From NCBI GenBank assembly GCA_944387915.1, contig CALXGT010000057.1:9990-73989 (forward strand): a stretch of DNA of 64,000 nt. Reading direction: 5' to 3'. The position numbers were made by a program, and so were the translations under genes. The notes below the pieces were generated by a model that was not told the DNA's origin, did no database searches, and worked only from the letters and a program-made list of their open reading frames with translations. This stretch comes from an uncultured Clostridia bacterium (lineage in GTDB: Bacteria > Bacillota > Clostridia > Oscillospirales > Ruminococcaceae). Shown one piece after another: positions 1 to 9,022 of this stretch (position 1 is the stretch's first letter; each line of letters starts with the position of its first letter).

Positions 1-710
1 AGTGCCAAAGGAGACATTGCCGTATCGACGATATCGGCGCCCGATTCGATGCCTTTGAGTAAGCACATGGAAGCCAAACCGGAAGTATAGTGGGTATGGA
101 TATCCAAAGGAAGCTTTACCTCTTTTTTAATAGCCTTCACCAAGCTTTCAGCACGGTAAGGAGTCAAAAGCGCAGCCATATCCTTAATGCAAATGGAGTC
201 CGCACCGATGGATTCAATCTGTTTGGCGTAGTCGACATAATACTCGTCGGTAAAGACGTCGCCCAAAGTGTAGGAAATGGCGATCTGCGCATGAGCGCCT
301 TCCTTTTTGGCCGCTTTTACCGCGGAATCCAGGTTCCGAATGTCGTTGAGCGCATCAAAAATACGAATGATATCAATGCCGTTGGCGACGGATTTCTGAA
401 CAAAATACTCCAAAACATCATCCGCGTAATGCCGGTATCCCAACATATTCTGGCCACGGAACAGCATCTGTAACTTGGTGTTGGGCATTTCCCGACGAAT
501 GATCCGAAGGCGCTCCCAGGGATCCTCGTTTAAGAAACGAAGGCAAGTATCAAAAGTTGCGCCGCCCCAAACCTCAGCAGAGAAAAATCCTACCTTGTCC
601 ATGGTGGAAAGAATGGGAAGCATATCGGCTGTAGTCATTCGTGTCGCCAGCAAAGACTGATGCGCGTCACGAAGGACTGTCTCAGTAATTTTAATAGGCT
701 TTTTTTCCAT
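1..710 (-). CDS. Carboxyltransferase 5S subunit / oxaloacetate decarboxylase alpha-like (pyruvate carboxyltransferase TIM barrel); N-terminal ~236 codons only, since the gene runs off the window start
   Basis: Absent from the ORF track because it has no stop in the window. My reverse translation from ATG 710-708 reads MEKKPIKITETVLRDAHQSLLATRMTT...LFRGQNMLGYRHY...DIHTHYTSG. This is typical of PycB/OadA/5S subunits. It lies 21 nt downstream of the BCCP gene. Confidence 0.85.
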   Translation of the reverse strand, partial: MEKKPIKITETVLRDAHQSLLATRMTTADMLPILSTMDKVGFFSAEVWGGATFDTCLRFLNEDPWERLRIIRREMPNTKLQMLFRGQNMLGYRHYADDVLEYFVQKSVANGIDIIRIFDALNDIRNLDSAVKAAKKEGAHAQIAISYTLGDVFTDEYYVDYAKQIESIGADSICIKDMAALLTPYRAESLVKAIKKEVKLPLDIHTHYTSGLASMCLLKGIESGADIVDTAMSPLA

Positions 711-731
711 ATCTTCTATCCTCCCTTGGGA

Positions 732-1133
732 TTAAGCGATCACCGCGAGGACATCGCCGGCATTCACCGTATCGCCCTTGTTCACGTTGATGGAAGCAAC
801 CGTTCCGGCCACAGGCGTTACAATGTCGTTTTCCATTTTCATCGCTTCCAAAACGATTACAACTTCGTTCTTTCCGATAGAAGCACCGGCGCTGACTTTT
901 ACGTCCAGGATAGTTCCGGGCATAGGAGCGACGATCTCCGTTCCCTCCGCAGGAGCAGCGGGAGCGGCAGGAGCAGGCGCAGCAGCCTCAGGAGCCGGAG
1001 CCGCAGGAGCGGCAGGAGCAGGCGCGGCGGGAGCAGCAGGAGCGACGGGAGCCGCAGGAGCGGCACCGGCAGCGACTTCTTCCACAGCAACATCATAGGC
1101 TTTTCCGTTAACGGTAATATTAAATCTTCTCAT
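732..1133 (-). CDS. Biotin carboxyl carrier protein (1.3S/gamma-type) with a long Ala/Pro linker
   Basis: 133 aa. C-terminal biotinyl domain with an EAMKMEN biotinylation motif. About 45 aa of (A/P)n linker. Confidence 0.9.
   Translation of the reverse strand: MRRFNITVNGKAYDVAVEEVAAGAAPAAPVAPAAPAAPAPAAPAAPAPEAAAPAPAAPAAPAEGTEIVAPMPGTILDVKVSAGASIGKNEVVIVLEAMKMENDIVTPVAGTVASINVNKGDTVNAGDVLAVIA
940..1080. repeat. Low-complexity GC-rich Ala/Pro-linker coding repeat inside the BCCP gene
   Basis: Reiterated gcaggagc/ggcagc units. They create spurious ORFs in several frames (778..1098 +, 899..1096 -). Confidence 0.8.
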
Positions 1134-1169
1134 TGTGTTACAACCCTTTCTTTATTTGATGGGAAATCG

Positions 1170-2510
1170 TTAGTTAATATGTTTCTTGGGAAGGCCAACA
1201 GCCCGTTTCGATGCCAGCATGTCCAACGCCGCAATCAGGGACGTCTTGGTAGCAGCCGGATCAATCACTTCCTCTACCAAAGAGGCACCGGCAGCAGCAA
1301 ATGCGCTGGCTTCTTTGGAAGCATACTCCTCTTCCAAAGCCTTTCTCGTCGCTTCGGTGTTCTCAGCACCCTTCAACCGATCGTGCCAGAAAAATTCAAC
1401 CGCAGCCGCCGGATCCAAAGCAGAGATGGTCGCCGTAGGCCAGGCAATTTTATAGTTAGAGGTAGAAAATACCGCAAAAGCCGTACCCACCGCTTTTCCG
1501 GCAAACAGAGCGATTAAAGGAGAGGTCGCGCTCGCGTACGCTTTTGCCAACGTAGCGGCGGCGTCCGCAACCACAGCCTTTTTGGGATTCTTTTTGCAGA
1601 ATCCTTCCGTATCCACAAAGGTCACCACCGGCAGATTAAAGCAATCGCAGAAACGAACAAAACGAGCGATTTTCTCGCTGCCTTCTACGCCGAGCGTACC
1701 GCAAGCCGCAACCACGCCGACGCCCACGCCGCCAATGGAGCCAATACCGGTCACCGCGGAAGTATATCCCGCTTTCAACTCAACGAAGGTTCCTTCATCG
1801 CACACATCTTTCGCCGTCTTTTTTAAATCCGCGGAAGAATCATACGTATAAGCCATGTCTCCGTCGCAAACAGGAGCCATGGACAGATTATTTAAGGGCA
1901 GTACGCTAAGCAGTTCTCTCGCCTTCAATACCGCGGACAGCGCATCCTCGCAGACAATATCCGCCGCGCCGCACTCAGCGGCGTCTTTTCCGGAAGTGTT
2001 TCCATCGGGAGAAGAGAGGTAAACCGTCGCGTCTTCCGCAACAATCAGAATATCCGCCGCAGCCGCCAACATAGCGCAAGAACCGACACAGCTTCCCGCA
2101 GCTACCGCGATTTGCGGTACAACGCCGGACAAAGCCGTGATCGAAGCGATAATCTTGGTAAAAGCGGCCATTACTTTCTGGCCATCGGAAATTTTCGCGC
2201 CGTTGGAATCATAGATTCCCGCCACCGGCACTCCGTTCTTTGCCGCCAAAGCATAGATCTTGGCAATTTTCTCCGCATGTGCAGCGTTTATGGCGCCACC
2301 CATAGCCTGGACGTCCTGAGAGAAAGCGTAAACCATTGCCCCCTCAATCTTTCCATAACCGGTAATCACTCCGGCGTCGGCCGCAAACGCATCCATTTCG
2401 ACAAAAGTTCCCTCGTCAAACAAAGCGGTAATCCGCTCTCTGGCAGGGGAATCGGTCTGGCAGGCGCTCTTTTTTTCGTTCAGCGCCTGAAGTCCGGTCT
2501 CTAAATTCAT
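1170..2510 (-). CDS. Acyl-CoA carboxyltransferase (12S / propionyl-CoA carboxylase beta family), divergent and short (446 aa)
   Basis: Family-like blocks: DEGTFVEMDAF, GVITGYGKIEG..VYAFSQD, and a second half with PVVTFVDTEGF. Canonical GGSLG / DSGGARIQEG blocks are replaced by MGGAIN / DSNGAKISDG. Confidence 0.8.
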   Translation of the reverse strand: MNLETGLQALNEKKSACQTDSPARERITALFDEGTFVEMDAFAADAGVITGYGKIEGAMVYAFSQDVQAMGGAINAAHAEKIAKIYALAAKNGVPVAGIYDSNGAKISDGQKVMAAFTKIIASITALSGVVPQIAVAAGSCVGSCAMLAAAADILIVAEDATVYLSSPDGNTSGKDAAECGAADIVCEDALSAVLKARELLSVLPLNNLSMAPVCDGDMAYTYDSSADLKKTAKDVCDEGTFVELKAGYTSAVTGIGSIGGVGVGVVAACGTLGVEGSEKIARFVRFCDCFNLPVVTFVDTEGFCKKNPKKAVVADAAATLAKAYASATSPLIALFAGKAVGTAFAVFSTSNYKIAWPTATISALDPAAAVEFFWHDRLKGAENTEATRKALEEEYASKEASAFAAAGASLVEEVIDPAATKTSLIAALDMLASKRAVGLPKKHIN

Positions 2511-2640
2511 GATGTTGCCCCCATTCTATGACTTTTCCCGACAACTTCGTTGCCGGGTTTTTTTATGATAATCGGGAAAATTTGGGAAATTCCCTCAGAA
2601 TCCCCAAATTTCACCCACTATATTATACTGCGTTCATTCG

Positions 2641-3033
2641 TCAACTGCAATCTTTTTTTTCACTCTCCGGTTTGGTTTTATGTTCTATACAATTTCCAAG
2701 GAAATCATCGATGGATTCTATGTATCTTTCACATGAAAGATGGTATCCATAAGGGGCATATTTTGTCATATCGATGAATTCGGAAAAATGCGCCCGATTG
2801 ATTCCCGAGGAAAAGGCATAAAACATGGCGGACCGCAGCAGTCCGTCGCCGGTAAGCCGATCCCCCTGATCCCGAAGCGACAAAATATAGACGGTATTCG
2901 CCCCCAGCCGGAATTGGCAATACCCCGTAAGCGCATCGTTTTCCAAGGCGATGTAAAATAAATCGCCCGGCGTTTTTACAGCGTCGATTTCCGAAATATG
3001 ATCCTTGTCGTTATAAAGCCTCATAAAGAGCAT
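2641..3033 (-). CDS. Small hypothetical protein, possibly GNAT-like
   Basis: 130 aa ORF. Its start overlaps the rluB stop, which suggests translational coupling. Weak acetyltransferase motif-A-like segment DRLTGDGLLRSAM. Confidence 0.5.
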   Translation of the reverse strand: MLFMRLYNDKDHISEIDAVKTPGDLFYIALENDALTGYCQFRLGANTVYILSLRDQGDRLTGDGLLRSAMFYAFSSGINRAHFSEFIDMTKYAPYGYHLSCERYIESIDDFLGNCIEHKTKPESEKKDCS

Positions 3034-3797
3034 TATCGTCTTTCCCCCTTCCGGCGAAGGGGAGCCTTTTTCCCTCTTCTACCCAAATCGTAAAGCATGT
3101 CCACTTCGTCTTTGGTCAGTCTCCGGTATTCGCCGGGTTTGAGCATTCCAAGGCGCAGGGGGCCCACTGACACCCGTTTCAGACGCGCTACCGAAAGGCC
3201 TACCGCCTCGCACATTTTCCGGATCTGGCGATTTCTTCCTTCCACAATGGTAATCAAAAGAACCGTTCGATTCTCCTCTTCGGTTACTACCCGGACTTCC
3301 GCCGGGGCGGTCTTTCTCCCGTCGATCTCCACACCTTCGCTCAACGCCAAAATCTCGGCATCTCCCACCGGGTCATGGGTAGTGACCCGGTATCCTTTGG
3401 GAATCTTATGGGAGGGATGCGTCAAAACGTTGGCGAACTCTCCGTCATTGGTCAATAAAAGCAAGCCTTCGCTGTTTAAGTCCAGCCTTCCCACCGGATA
3501 AACCCGATCGGAAATGCCGGTAATCAATTCGGTAACGCACTTCCTTCCCCGGTCGTCGGAAACCGCCGTCAAATATCCCCTGGGCTTATAGAGCAAGAGA
3601 TACTGATACTGTCCTTTTTCCCGTCGCGAAAGTTTTTCTCCGTCAATGGCGATTAAATCTTTATTCGTCACTTTCTGTCCAATATGAGCAATGCGGCCGT
3701 TGACTTTGACTCTGCCGCTCTCAATTAACGCCTCCGCCTTTCTTCGAGAACAAAAGCCGCTGTCTGAAATTACCTTCTGTAACCTTACTTCTTCCAT
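3033..3797 (-). CDS. rluB: 23S rRNA pseudouridine synthase, RluB/RsuA family (S4 domain + PUS domain)
   Basis: N-terminal S4 motif (RLQKVISDSGFCSRRKAEALIESGRVKVNG). Catalytic block VYPVGRLDLNSEGLLLLTNDG. Basic C-terminal tail. Confidence 0.9.
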   Translation of the reverse strand: MEEVRLQKVISDSGFCSRRKAEALIESGRVKVNGRIAHIGQKVTNKDLIAIDGEKLSRREKGQYQYLLLYKPRGYLTAVSDDRGRKCVTELITGISDRVYPVGRLDLNSEGLLLLTNDGEFANVLTHPSHKIPKGYRVTTHDPVGDAEILALSEGVEIDGRKTAPAEVRVVTEEENRTVLLITIVEGRNRQIRKMCEAVGLSVARLKRVSVGPLRLGMLKPGEYRRLTKDEVDMLYDLGRRGKKAPLRRKGERR

Positions 3798-3817
3798 GGC
3801 GTTTCCTTTCTAATTCC

Positions 3818-4966
3818 TTATATTTCTAACCATCTTCGCAGCCGGTTTATCCATCGCTTGATCCAGGATGATTCCTCGGCTTCCCGATATTCCACTGCCT
3901 CTGTCGCAAAAACAGGAACCGTCTTCAATGCGGTTTCCTCGCCGTTTTTTTCCTGATAATAGGTCAAATACCCTACGCAGCTTCCCTCATCCACCGGCGC
4001 ATACAAAAAGGGGCTTGTGGGAACAAAGCGGGAAAATACATTAGCGGTTTCCCCTTTCACCTGCGCGACAGTAAGCGGCTCCGCCGTTATGGGAACTCCC
4101 GAGGAAAGGCCTCCTACAACCGGATAACTCTCCGGTAAATCCGGCTGGACGGTTTGGGGCTCCAAAAGAGAGAACCCATAATCCAAAAGGTTTTTATGAT
4201 CCTGCCAGTCATTGGGGTCATTGAGGGTGACGCAAATCAGGGTCATTCCGTCCCGCCTCGCCGCCGAAACCAGACAACGCCCCGCTTTTTTGGTGTAGCC
4301 GGTTTTGAGCCCGATACATCCTTCATATTCCTTCAAAAGCCGGTTATGATTGCTCAAATATCGGTCATACGCCGGATTTCCGTAACTGAGTTTCATGGTG
4401 GATGAGGAACAAATAGCCAAAAAATCCTCGTTTTTCAGCGCTTCGACCGCTAACAGCGCCATATCCCGCGCCGTGGAACCATGGTTTTCTCCGTCTAAGC
4501 CGGAAGGCGTCTCGAACACGGTATGCTCCATGCCGATTTCCTTTGCCCGCTCGTTCATCATCTCTACGAACCGGGTAAGACCGCCGGCGACCTTCACCGC
4601 AGCGGCGTTGGCGGCGTCATTTCCGGAAGCCAATAGCATCCCGGCAGCCAACGTCCGAAGGGTCACCTTGTCATTTTTTTGCAACCCCATCGAAGAGCCT
4701 TCTACTCGGATGGCCCCTTCGTCCACCAAAAAGACCCGATCCAAATTTTCCTGTTCCAAGGTCAGCAACGCCGTCATAATTTTAGTGGTGCTGGCCATAG
4801 GAAGGAAGGTATCGGCGTTTTTCTCATACAGCACAACGCCCGTTTCCATTTCCATCAGGATGGCCGCCTTCGCGGAAGAAGATGGCGTATCCTGAGCGGC
4901 CGTCGGAACAGCCAGAAGAGAAAAAGCCAATAACCAACAACATATTTTCTTCAACACAAAAACCAC
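3818..4966 (-). CDS. D-alanyl-D-alanine carboxypeptidase (PBP5/DacB-type, S11 peptidase) with signal peptide
   Basis: SxxK motif ASTTKIMT, SGN motif (LASGNDAA), KTG motif (LKTGYT). The start is uncertain; a TTG at 4954 behind AGGTGG is a plausible alternative. Confidence 0.88.
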   Translation of the reverse strand: MVFVLKKICCWLLAFSLLAVPTAAQDTPSSSAKAAILMEMETGVVLYEKNADTFLPMASTTKIMTALLTLEQENLDRVFLVDEGAIRVEGSSMGLQKNDKVTLRTLAAGMLLASGNDAANAAAVKVAGGLTRFVEMMNERAKEIGMEHTVFETPSGLDGENHGSTARDMALLAVEALKNEDFLAICSSSTMKLSYGNPAYDRYLSNHNRLLKEYEGCIGLKTGYTKKAGRCLVSAARRDGMTLICVTLNDPNDWQDHKNLLDYGFSLLEPQTVQPDLPESYPVVGGLSSGVPITAEPLTVAQVKGETANVFSRFVPTSPFLYAPVDEGSCVGYLTYYQEKNGEETALKTVPVFATEAVEYREAEESSWIKRWINRLRRWLEI

Positions 4967-5006
4967 CTGCCCCTTTATGCCTATGCGCGGGGCAGACGGT
5001 CAATGC

Positions 5007-5420
5007 TTATTCTTCTATTTTCTCTTCCGTAGTTTTTTCTATTTTCACGGTATTTTTCTCGGATTTATATTTCTGAATCAACCCGGATACCTGGTCAATC
5101 ACCGCGGGAACGGTATTCACGATCCGATCCGCCGTAGAATCGGCGCCGTTGATCTCCAAAAAACGGACATCGCTTCCGGAAACAGTCAAGAATCCCAAAG
5201 GCTGGAGCGTAATTCCGGCTCCACCACCGCCGCCAAAGGCGGTTTTTTGGGTGGGAAGATCGCTCCCCCCCGAAGCAAATCCGAAAGAAACCTTGGAAAC
5301 CGGAATCAAAGTCACGTCGCCTATCACAATCTGTTTTCCGACGATCACATCGGTGTCAACCATTTCCTTAATTTTTTCCATGGTGATTCCCATTAAATCT
5401 TGAATCGGATGATCTGCCAT
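5007..5420 (-). CDS. ytfJ: Sporulation protein YtfJ / GerW family
   Basis: 137 aa. Typical GerW sequence: KIKEMVDTDVIVGKQI..TLIPVSKVSFGFASGGSD...GGGGGAG. Confidence 0.88.
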   Translation of the reverse strand: MADHPIQDLMGITMEKIKEMVDTDVIVGKQIVIGDVTLIPVSKVSFGFASGGSDLPTQKTAFGGGGGAGITLQPLGFLTVSGSDVRFLEINGADSTADRIVNTVPAVIDQVSGLIQKYKSEKNTVKIEKTTEEKIEE

Positions 5421-5422
5421 AT

Positions 5423-6073
5423 CTATTCCTCCTGCAACAATGAATTTGTTTTCTTTTTTCTTACTTTTTTCTTCTTTTTCAAGACGAATCGGAAAAAGGA
5501 GCCGACTGCCGAAAAAGCCGCCCGCAGTATGGAAAATACCGAAACGCGCAGTTCAAAAGAAAAGAAAAGCTTCGTCTTTTGAGACAGAAAATCGGAATAC
5601 AGGGAAATTTCCCGAATTTGAAGGTGAAAAAAATTTCGAAGCAACGCTGCCGCGCCGTAGATGTACGCATTCATTTGACCGTATTGAAGCGCCGTTTGAG
5701 CCGCATCGCTACCACCGACGGAACATCGTACAATCAGTCGCGTAATCCGGATCCCGGAAAGGAATTTGCCTACCGGGGACAATATATCCCGGAAGAGCTC
5801 CACGCCTTCGGATACCGACGACACCAGCGCTTCCTTCGGCGTCTCCTCTTTAGGTTGCTTTTTTTTTGACGCCTCTTTGGGCTTTGGTTTTTTCTTCTCT
5901 TTCTCCTTCTCGGTCCCCTTCGTCTTCTTTTCGAATTGTTACGGGTAAATCTGAAACGTTCCCAATCCCCCTTTCAAAAGGAAGGTCTCCCCGTTTTCCA
6001 CATAGAGGACAAGGTCGCTCATTAAAAAGACCGCAATCAGGATCAGGATAACGCAAAGAAGAATCCATCCCAT
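5423..6073 (-). pseudogene. DUF2953 (YtfI-like) sporulation membrane protein gene interrupted by a single in-frame TAA at 5941-5939
   Basis: ATG at 6073 overlaps the scpB stop (TGATG). It encodes a TM segment MGWILLCVILILIAVFLMSDLVLYVENGETFLLKGGLGTFQIYP, then TAA. The same frame continues without further stops through a Lys/Glu-rich spacer into the listed 5423..5824 ORF (verified codon by codon). Confidence 0.7.
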
Positions 6074-6633
6074 CACGTACTTCCCTCCTCTTTTTCGCGA
6101 GGTACCGTTTCTTCTAAGATGAGCTGGTCATCAGTATTGGGGAGGGGCGGAAGCTCGGACAAGGAGCTTAACCCGAACGTCCTTAAAAAGTGGGCGGTCG
6201 TTCCGTAAGCAATGGGACGGCCGGGAATGGGAAGTCTCCCCTTTTCCTCCAAAAGTCCCTTTTCACACAAGGTATTGACCACCTGACTGCTGTCTACGCC
6301 TCGAACCTGCTCCACAAAGCTGCGCGTTACCGGCTGGTTATAGGCGACAATCGCCAAAACCTCCATCGCCGCCGGAGAAAGAGGGGCGTTCTTTTTAGCG
6401 GCAATCACCGCTGTGATAGGGTCTTTGTACTCGCTTTTGGTACAAAGCTGAACCTTGTCCTCCAAAAAAAGGAGTTTTAAGCCCCGATCTTCCTTTTTCA
6501 AACTTTCCCCGTAGACCACAAGTTGTTGCCGAACGGCGGCAAGATCCAACTCCAACCCCGCGGCAATCTTTTCAATCTCAATCGGTTCTCCCCCTGCAAA
6601 TAAAATGGCTTCTATAGCAGCGGTGTAATTCAC
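6073..6633 (-). CDS. scpB: Segregation and condensation protein B
   Basis: 186 aa. AIEAILFAGGEPI..., AMEVLAIVAYNQPVTR..VEQVRGVDS. GTGA overlap with the scpA stop. Confidence 0.92.
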   Translation of the reverse strand: MNYTAAIEAILFAGGEPIEIEKIAAGLELDLAAVRQQLVVYGESLKKEDRGLKLLFLEDKVQLCTKSEYKDPITAVIAAKKNAPLSPAAMEVLAIVAYNQPVTRSFVEQVRGVDSSQVVNTLCEKGLLEEKGRLPIPGRPIAYGTTAHFLRTFGLSSLSELPPLPNTDDQLILEETVPREKEEGST

Positions 6634-7349
6634 TCGTTTCTCCTCCTTTTTTCTCTTCTTTGAAAATAAACGAACCGATTGTCGTCACTGAGACGAATCC
6701 GGCTGGATTTAATTAACTCCAGCATTGCCAGAAAAGTAGCAACCTTTTCACTCTTATCTCCGGTAGAAAAAAACTCCTCGTAAGAGGCTTTCCCCGTCTG
6801 GTACAGCTTACGAAGGATAAATAAAATTTTGGATGGAATGGAGACGACTTTTCGGCTGACAATGCCGGAAAAAGCGGAAGGCGGCGGCGGAAGGCGGCGT
6901 TTTGCCTTTCCTGCCGCTAAAAGATAGGCGTTTAACAGTTCTTCCCTATCATGCGTTCTCCGGTACATCGGATCCACTTTTACCGGTTCCGGCTTTCGGA
7001 CAAAGGGCCAAACGCCTTCCCTCTTTTTCTCCAGCTTTCCCGCCATCTCTTTGCAAAGCCGGTATTCGGAAAGCTGGCCCTTGATCTCTACGACAATCGC
7101 CTCCGCCTCTTTGTGGCGGGGCAGCAAAGACAGCGTCTTTAGGTAAACCAACCGCGCCGCCATCTCCAAAAAAGAGGAGGCAATCTCCAAATCCGCATCC
7201 TTCATCGCGTCGATGTAGGCCATATATTGATCTAAAAGAGAAGCAATCTCCACATCCTCGATCTTTAAACGATGTTTCGAGATGAGATAAAGCAAAAGGT
7301 CGAGGGGACCTTCAAACTCTCCCACCCGATATTCCAAAGCTTTTTCCAT
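6630..7349 (-). CDS. scpA: Segregation and condensation protein A (kleisin)
   Basis: FEGPLDLLLYLISKHRLKIEDVEIASL motif. I prefer ATG 7349 (MEKALEY...) over the track's TTG at 7376, which would overlap the upstream gene. Confidence 0.88.
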   Translation of the reverse strand: MEKALEYRVGEFEGPLDLLLYLISKHRLKIEDVEIASLLDQYMAYIDAMKDADLEIASSFLEMAARLVYLKTLSLLPRHKEAEAIVVEIKGQLSEYRLCKEMAGKLEKKREGVWPFVRKPEPVKVDPMYRRTHDREELLNAYLLAAGKAKRRLPPPPSAFSGIVSRKVVSIPSKILFILRKLYQTGKASYEEFFSTGDKSEKVATFLAMLELIKSSRIRLSDDNRFVYFQRREKRRRNE

Positions 7350-7354
7350 ACGGC

Positions 7355-8032
7355 TCACATCAACCGGTACAACCAATCCACGTAGCCGGTCAGAAAATCG
7401 AAAAGGGAAAACACCAAGTTTTGCAAAACACTTAAGGGTCTGTCCAAAACGCCGCTGAAAAGCAATACGAACAGTCCCAACATAATATAGCGCTCATACC
7501 GCATGATGGAAAAATAACTGCGTTCCGACAAAAACAACGTCATAATCCGGGAACCGTCCAACGGCGGGATAGGAAGAAGATTAAATACCGCCAACCCCAC
7601 GTTAATTCCAACCAAAATACTGAAAATATTGGTGAGATTGAGCATAAGCTCCCCCGCTAAAGGAAGGCTCCCCCAAAGAAGATAACCAATAAAGGAAAGC
7701 TTATACAAAATCATGGAAATATATGCCAAAAGAAGGTTCGACACCGGCCCCGCCAAAGAGGAAAGCGCCATCCCCACTTTGGGATTTTTAAAATGGTACG
7801 GATAAATAGGAACCGGCTTCGCGTAACCGATCCCCACTAACATCAGCATAATCGCCCCAAACGGATCCAAATGTTTGAGTGGATTCAACGTCAGTCTCCC
7901 CTGATTTTTTGCCGTGGGATCTCCCAGTTTGTAAGCGGCCCATGCGTGGGCGCACTCATGAAACGGAAGGGAAATCACCAGCGCAATAGCGCGGACAAAT
8001 AATGTGTACAGATATTCAGCGACAGCAGGCAT
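7355..8032 (-). CDS. Site-2 protease family (peptidase M50) membrane metalloprotease
   Basis: HExxH motif (FHECAHAW), multiple TM segments, and LLPIPPLDGS, a typical M50 second motif. Confidence 0.85.
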   Translation of the reverse strand: MPAVAEYLYTLFVRAIALVISLPFHECAHAWAAYKLGDPTAKNQGRLTLNPLKHLDPFGAIMLMLVGIGYAKPVPIYPYHFKNPKVGMALSSLAGPVSNLLLAYISMILYKLSFIGYLLWGSLPLAGELMLNLTNIFSILVGINVGLAVFNLLPIPPLDGSRIMTLFLSERSYFSIMRYERYIMLGLFVLLFSGVLDRPLSVLQNLVFSLFDFLTGYVDWLYRLM

Positions 8033-8134
8033 CTAAAATCTCCTTTCTCTCCCAAATCCTTTCCATTATTATACTGAGTTTCCGTTAAAAAAACAAGGGA
8101 AAGGAAAAGAATTTAAAAAAATTCAAAAAAGGAC

Positions 8135-8163
8135 TTGATTTTCCTGCGGAATTCTGCTAAAAT
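8135..8163 (+). promoter_or_regulatory. Sigma-A-type promoter for rpmB
   Basis: TTGATT (8135-8140), 17 nt spacer, TAAAAT (8158-8163). About 35 nt upstream of the rpmB ATG. Confidence 0.45.
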
Positions 8164-8198
8164 TCTATCGTTATATGTTTGTGAAGGAGGTGCAGAAT

Positions 8199-8387
8199 AT
8201 GGCTAAATGTGATTTCTGCGGCAAAGGAGTATCGTTCGGAATTAAGGTTTCCCATTCCCATCGTCGTACCAATAGAACGTGGAAACCCAATGTGATGCGT
8301 GTGAAAGCAATCGTTGACGGTAAGCCCTGTCGTGTTCATGCCTGCACCCGCTGTCTGCGTTCCGGAAAAGTTACCCGCGCAGTATAG
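8199..8387 (+). CDS. rpmB: 50S ribosomal protein L28
   Basis: MAKCDFCGKGVSFGIKVSHSHRRTNRTWKPNV... Start is the ATG at 8199, behind GAAGGAGG. The track ORF carries an 8-codon 5' extension. Confidence 0.93.
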   Translation: MAKCDFCGKGVSFGIKVSHSHRRTNRTWKPNVMRVKAIVDGKPCRVHACTRCLRSGKVTRAV

Positions 8388-8416
8388 AGAAAGCGGCTGC
8401 AAAATAAAGCTTGAAA

Positions 8417-8445
8417 AGAGGCGCAGGAAGCTGCGTCTCTTTTTC
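8417..8445 (+). terminator. Rho-independent terminator after rpmB
   Basis: 10-bp stem agaggcgcag/ctgcgtctct (one G-U), GAAG loop, then a T-run. Confidence 0.7.
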
Positions 8446-8485
8446 TGCTGAACAAAAGGAGTCTTTTAGAAAGGAACGGACGGTT

Positions 8486-8992
8486 ATGATTGTCAGGAAA
8501 GCGTTACCTAAAGACTTGCATGTTCTCTGTGAAATGATTGAAAGCGCGAAAGCCTTTTTAAAGGAAAAAGGCATCGACCAATGGCAAAAGGGCTATCCCA
8601 ACCCCGAGGTCCTCGCCGCCGATATCGAAAAAGGCGCCGCCTATGTGGTTGCCGACGAAAAGGACATTCCCGTCGCCTATACGGTGCTCCAGGAAGAAAG
8701 CGAGCCTACCTACCAAAAGATCTGCGACGGAGACTGGCTCAACAAAAACCGGTATATCACCATCCACCGGGTGGTGGTTTCCAGCGCGGTCCGGGGAAAG
8801 GGATATGCCGGAGTTTTACTGCGGGCGCTGGAACAAAAAGCCAAGGACAAAGGCGCCCTCAGCATCCGGATCGATACCCATAAAAACAACATTCCTATGC
8901 AGCACCATCTGCAAAAGAACGGGTTTACTCCTTGCGGAAAAATTTATCTTCTGGACGGAAGTGAACGAATCGGGTTTGAAAAAATACTGTAA
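8486..8992 (+). CDS. GNAT family N-acetyltransferase
   Basis: Motif A region VVVSSAVRGKGYAGVLL. Start is the ATG at 8486 (MIVRKALPKDL), because the upstream part of the track ORF contains the rpmB terminator. Confidence 0.85.
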   Translation: MIVRKALPKDLHVLCEMIESAKAFLKEKGIDQWQKGYPNPEVLAADIEKGAAYVVADEKDIPVAYTVLQEESEPTYQKICDGDWLNKNRYITIHRVVVSSAVRGKGYAGVLLRALEQKAKDKGALSIRIDTHKNNIPMQHHLQKNGFTPCGKIYLLDGSERIGFEKIL

Positions 8993-9015
8993 GCCGCCCA
9001 AGTGGGCGGCTTTTT
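8992..9015. terminator. Bidirectional hairpin terminator between the convergent GNAT and radical SAM genes
   Basis: agccgccc-aagt-gggcggct followed by TTTTT. Confidence 0.65.
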
Positions 9016-9022
9016 CCACGCT

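Noticed and set aside
90-1517. Plus-strand ORFs 90..473, 475..660, 660..1517 and 778..1098, and minus-strand ORF 899..1096
   Set aside because: They overlap the 5S, BCCP and 12S genes. The Ala/Pro-linker repeat keeps frames open on both strands. The minus-strand genes carry diagnostic motifs.
5850-6068. 72-aa minus-strand ORF at the start of the DUF2953 region
   Set aside because: It is in a different frame from the TM-helix-encoding start at 6073 that is coupled to scpB. It translates the same DNA into a non-membrane, Cys/Pro/Arg-rich string. The frame starting at 6073 matches DUF2953 architecture.
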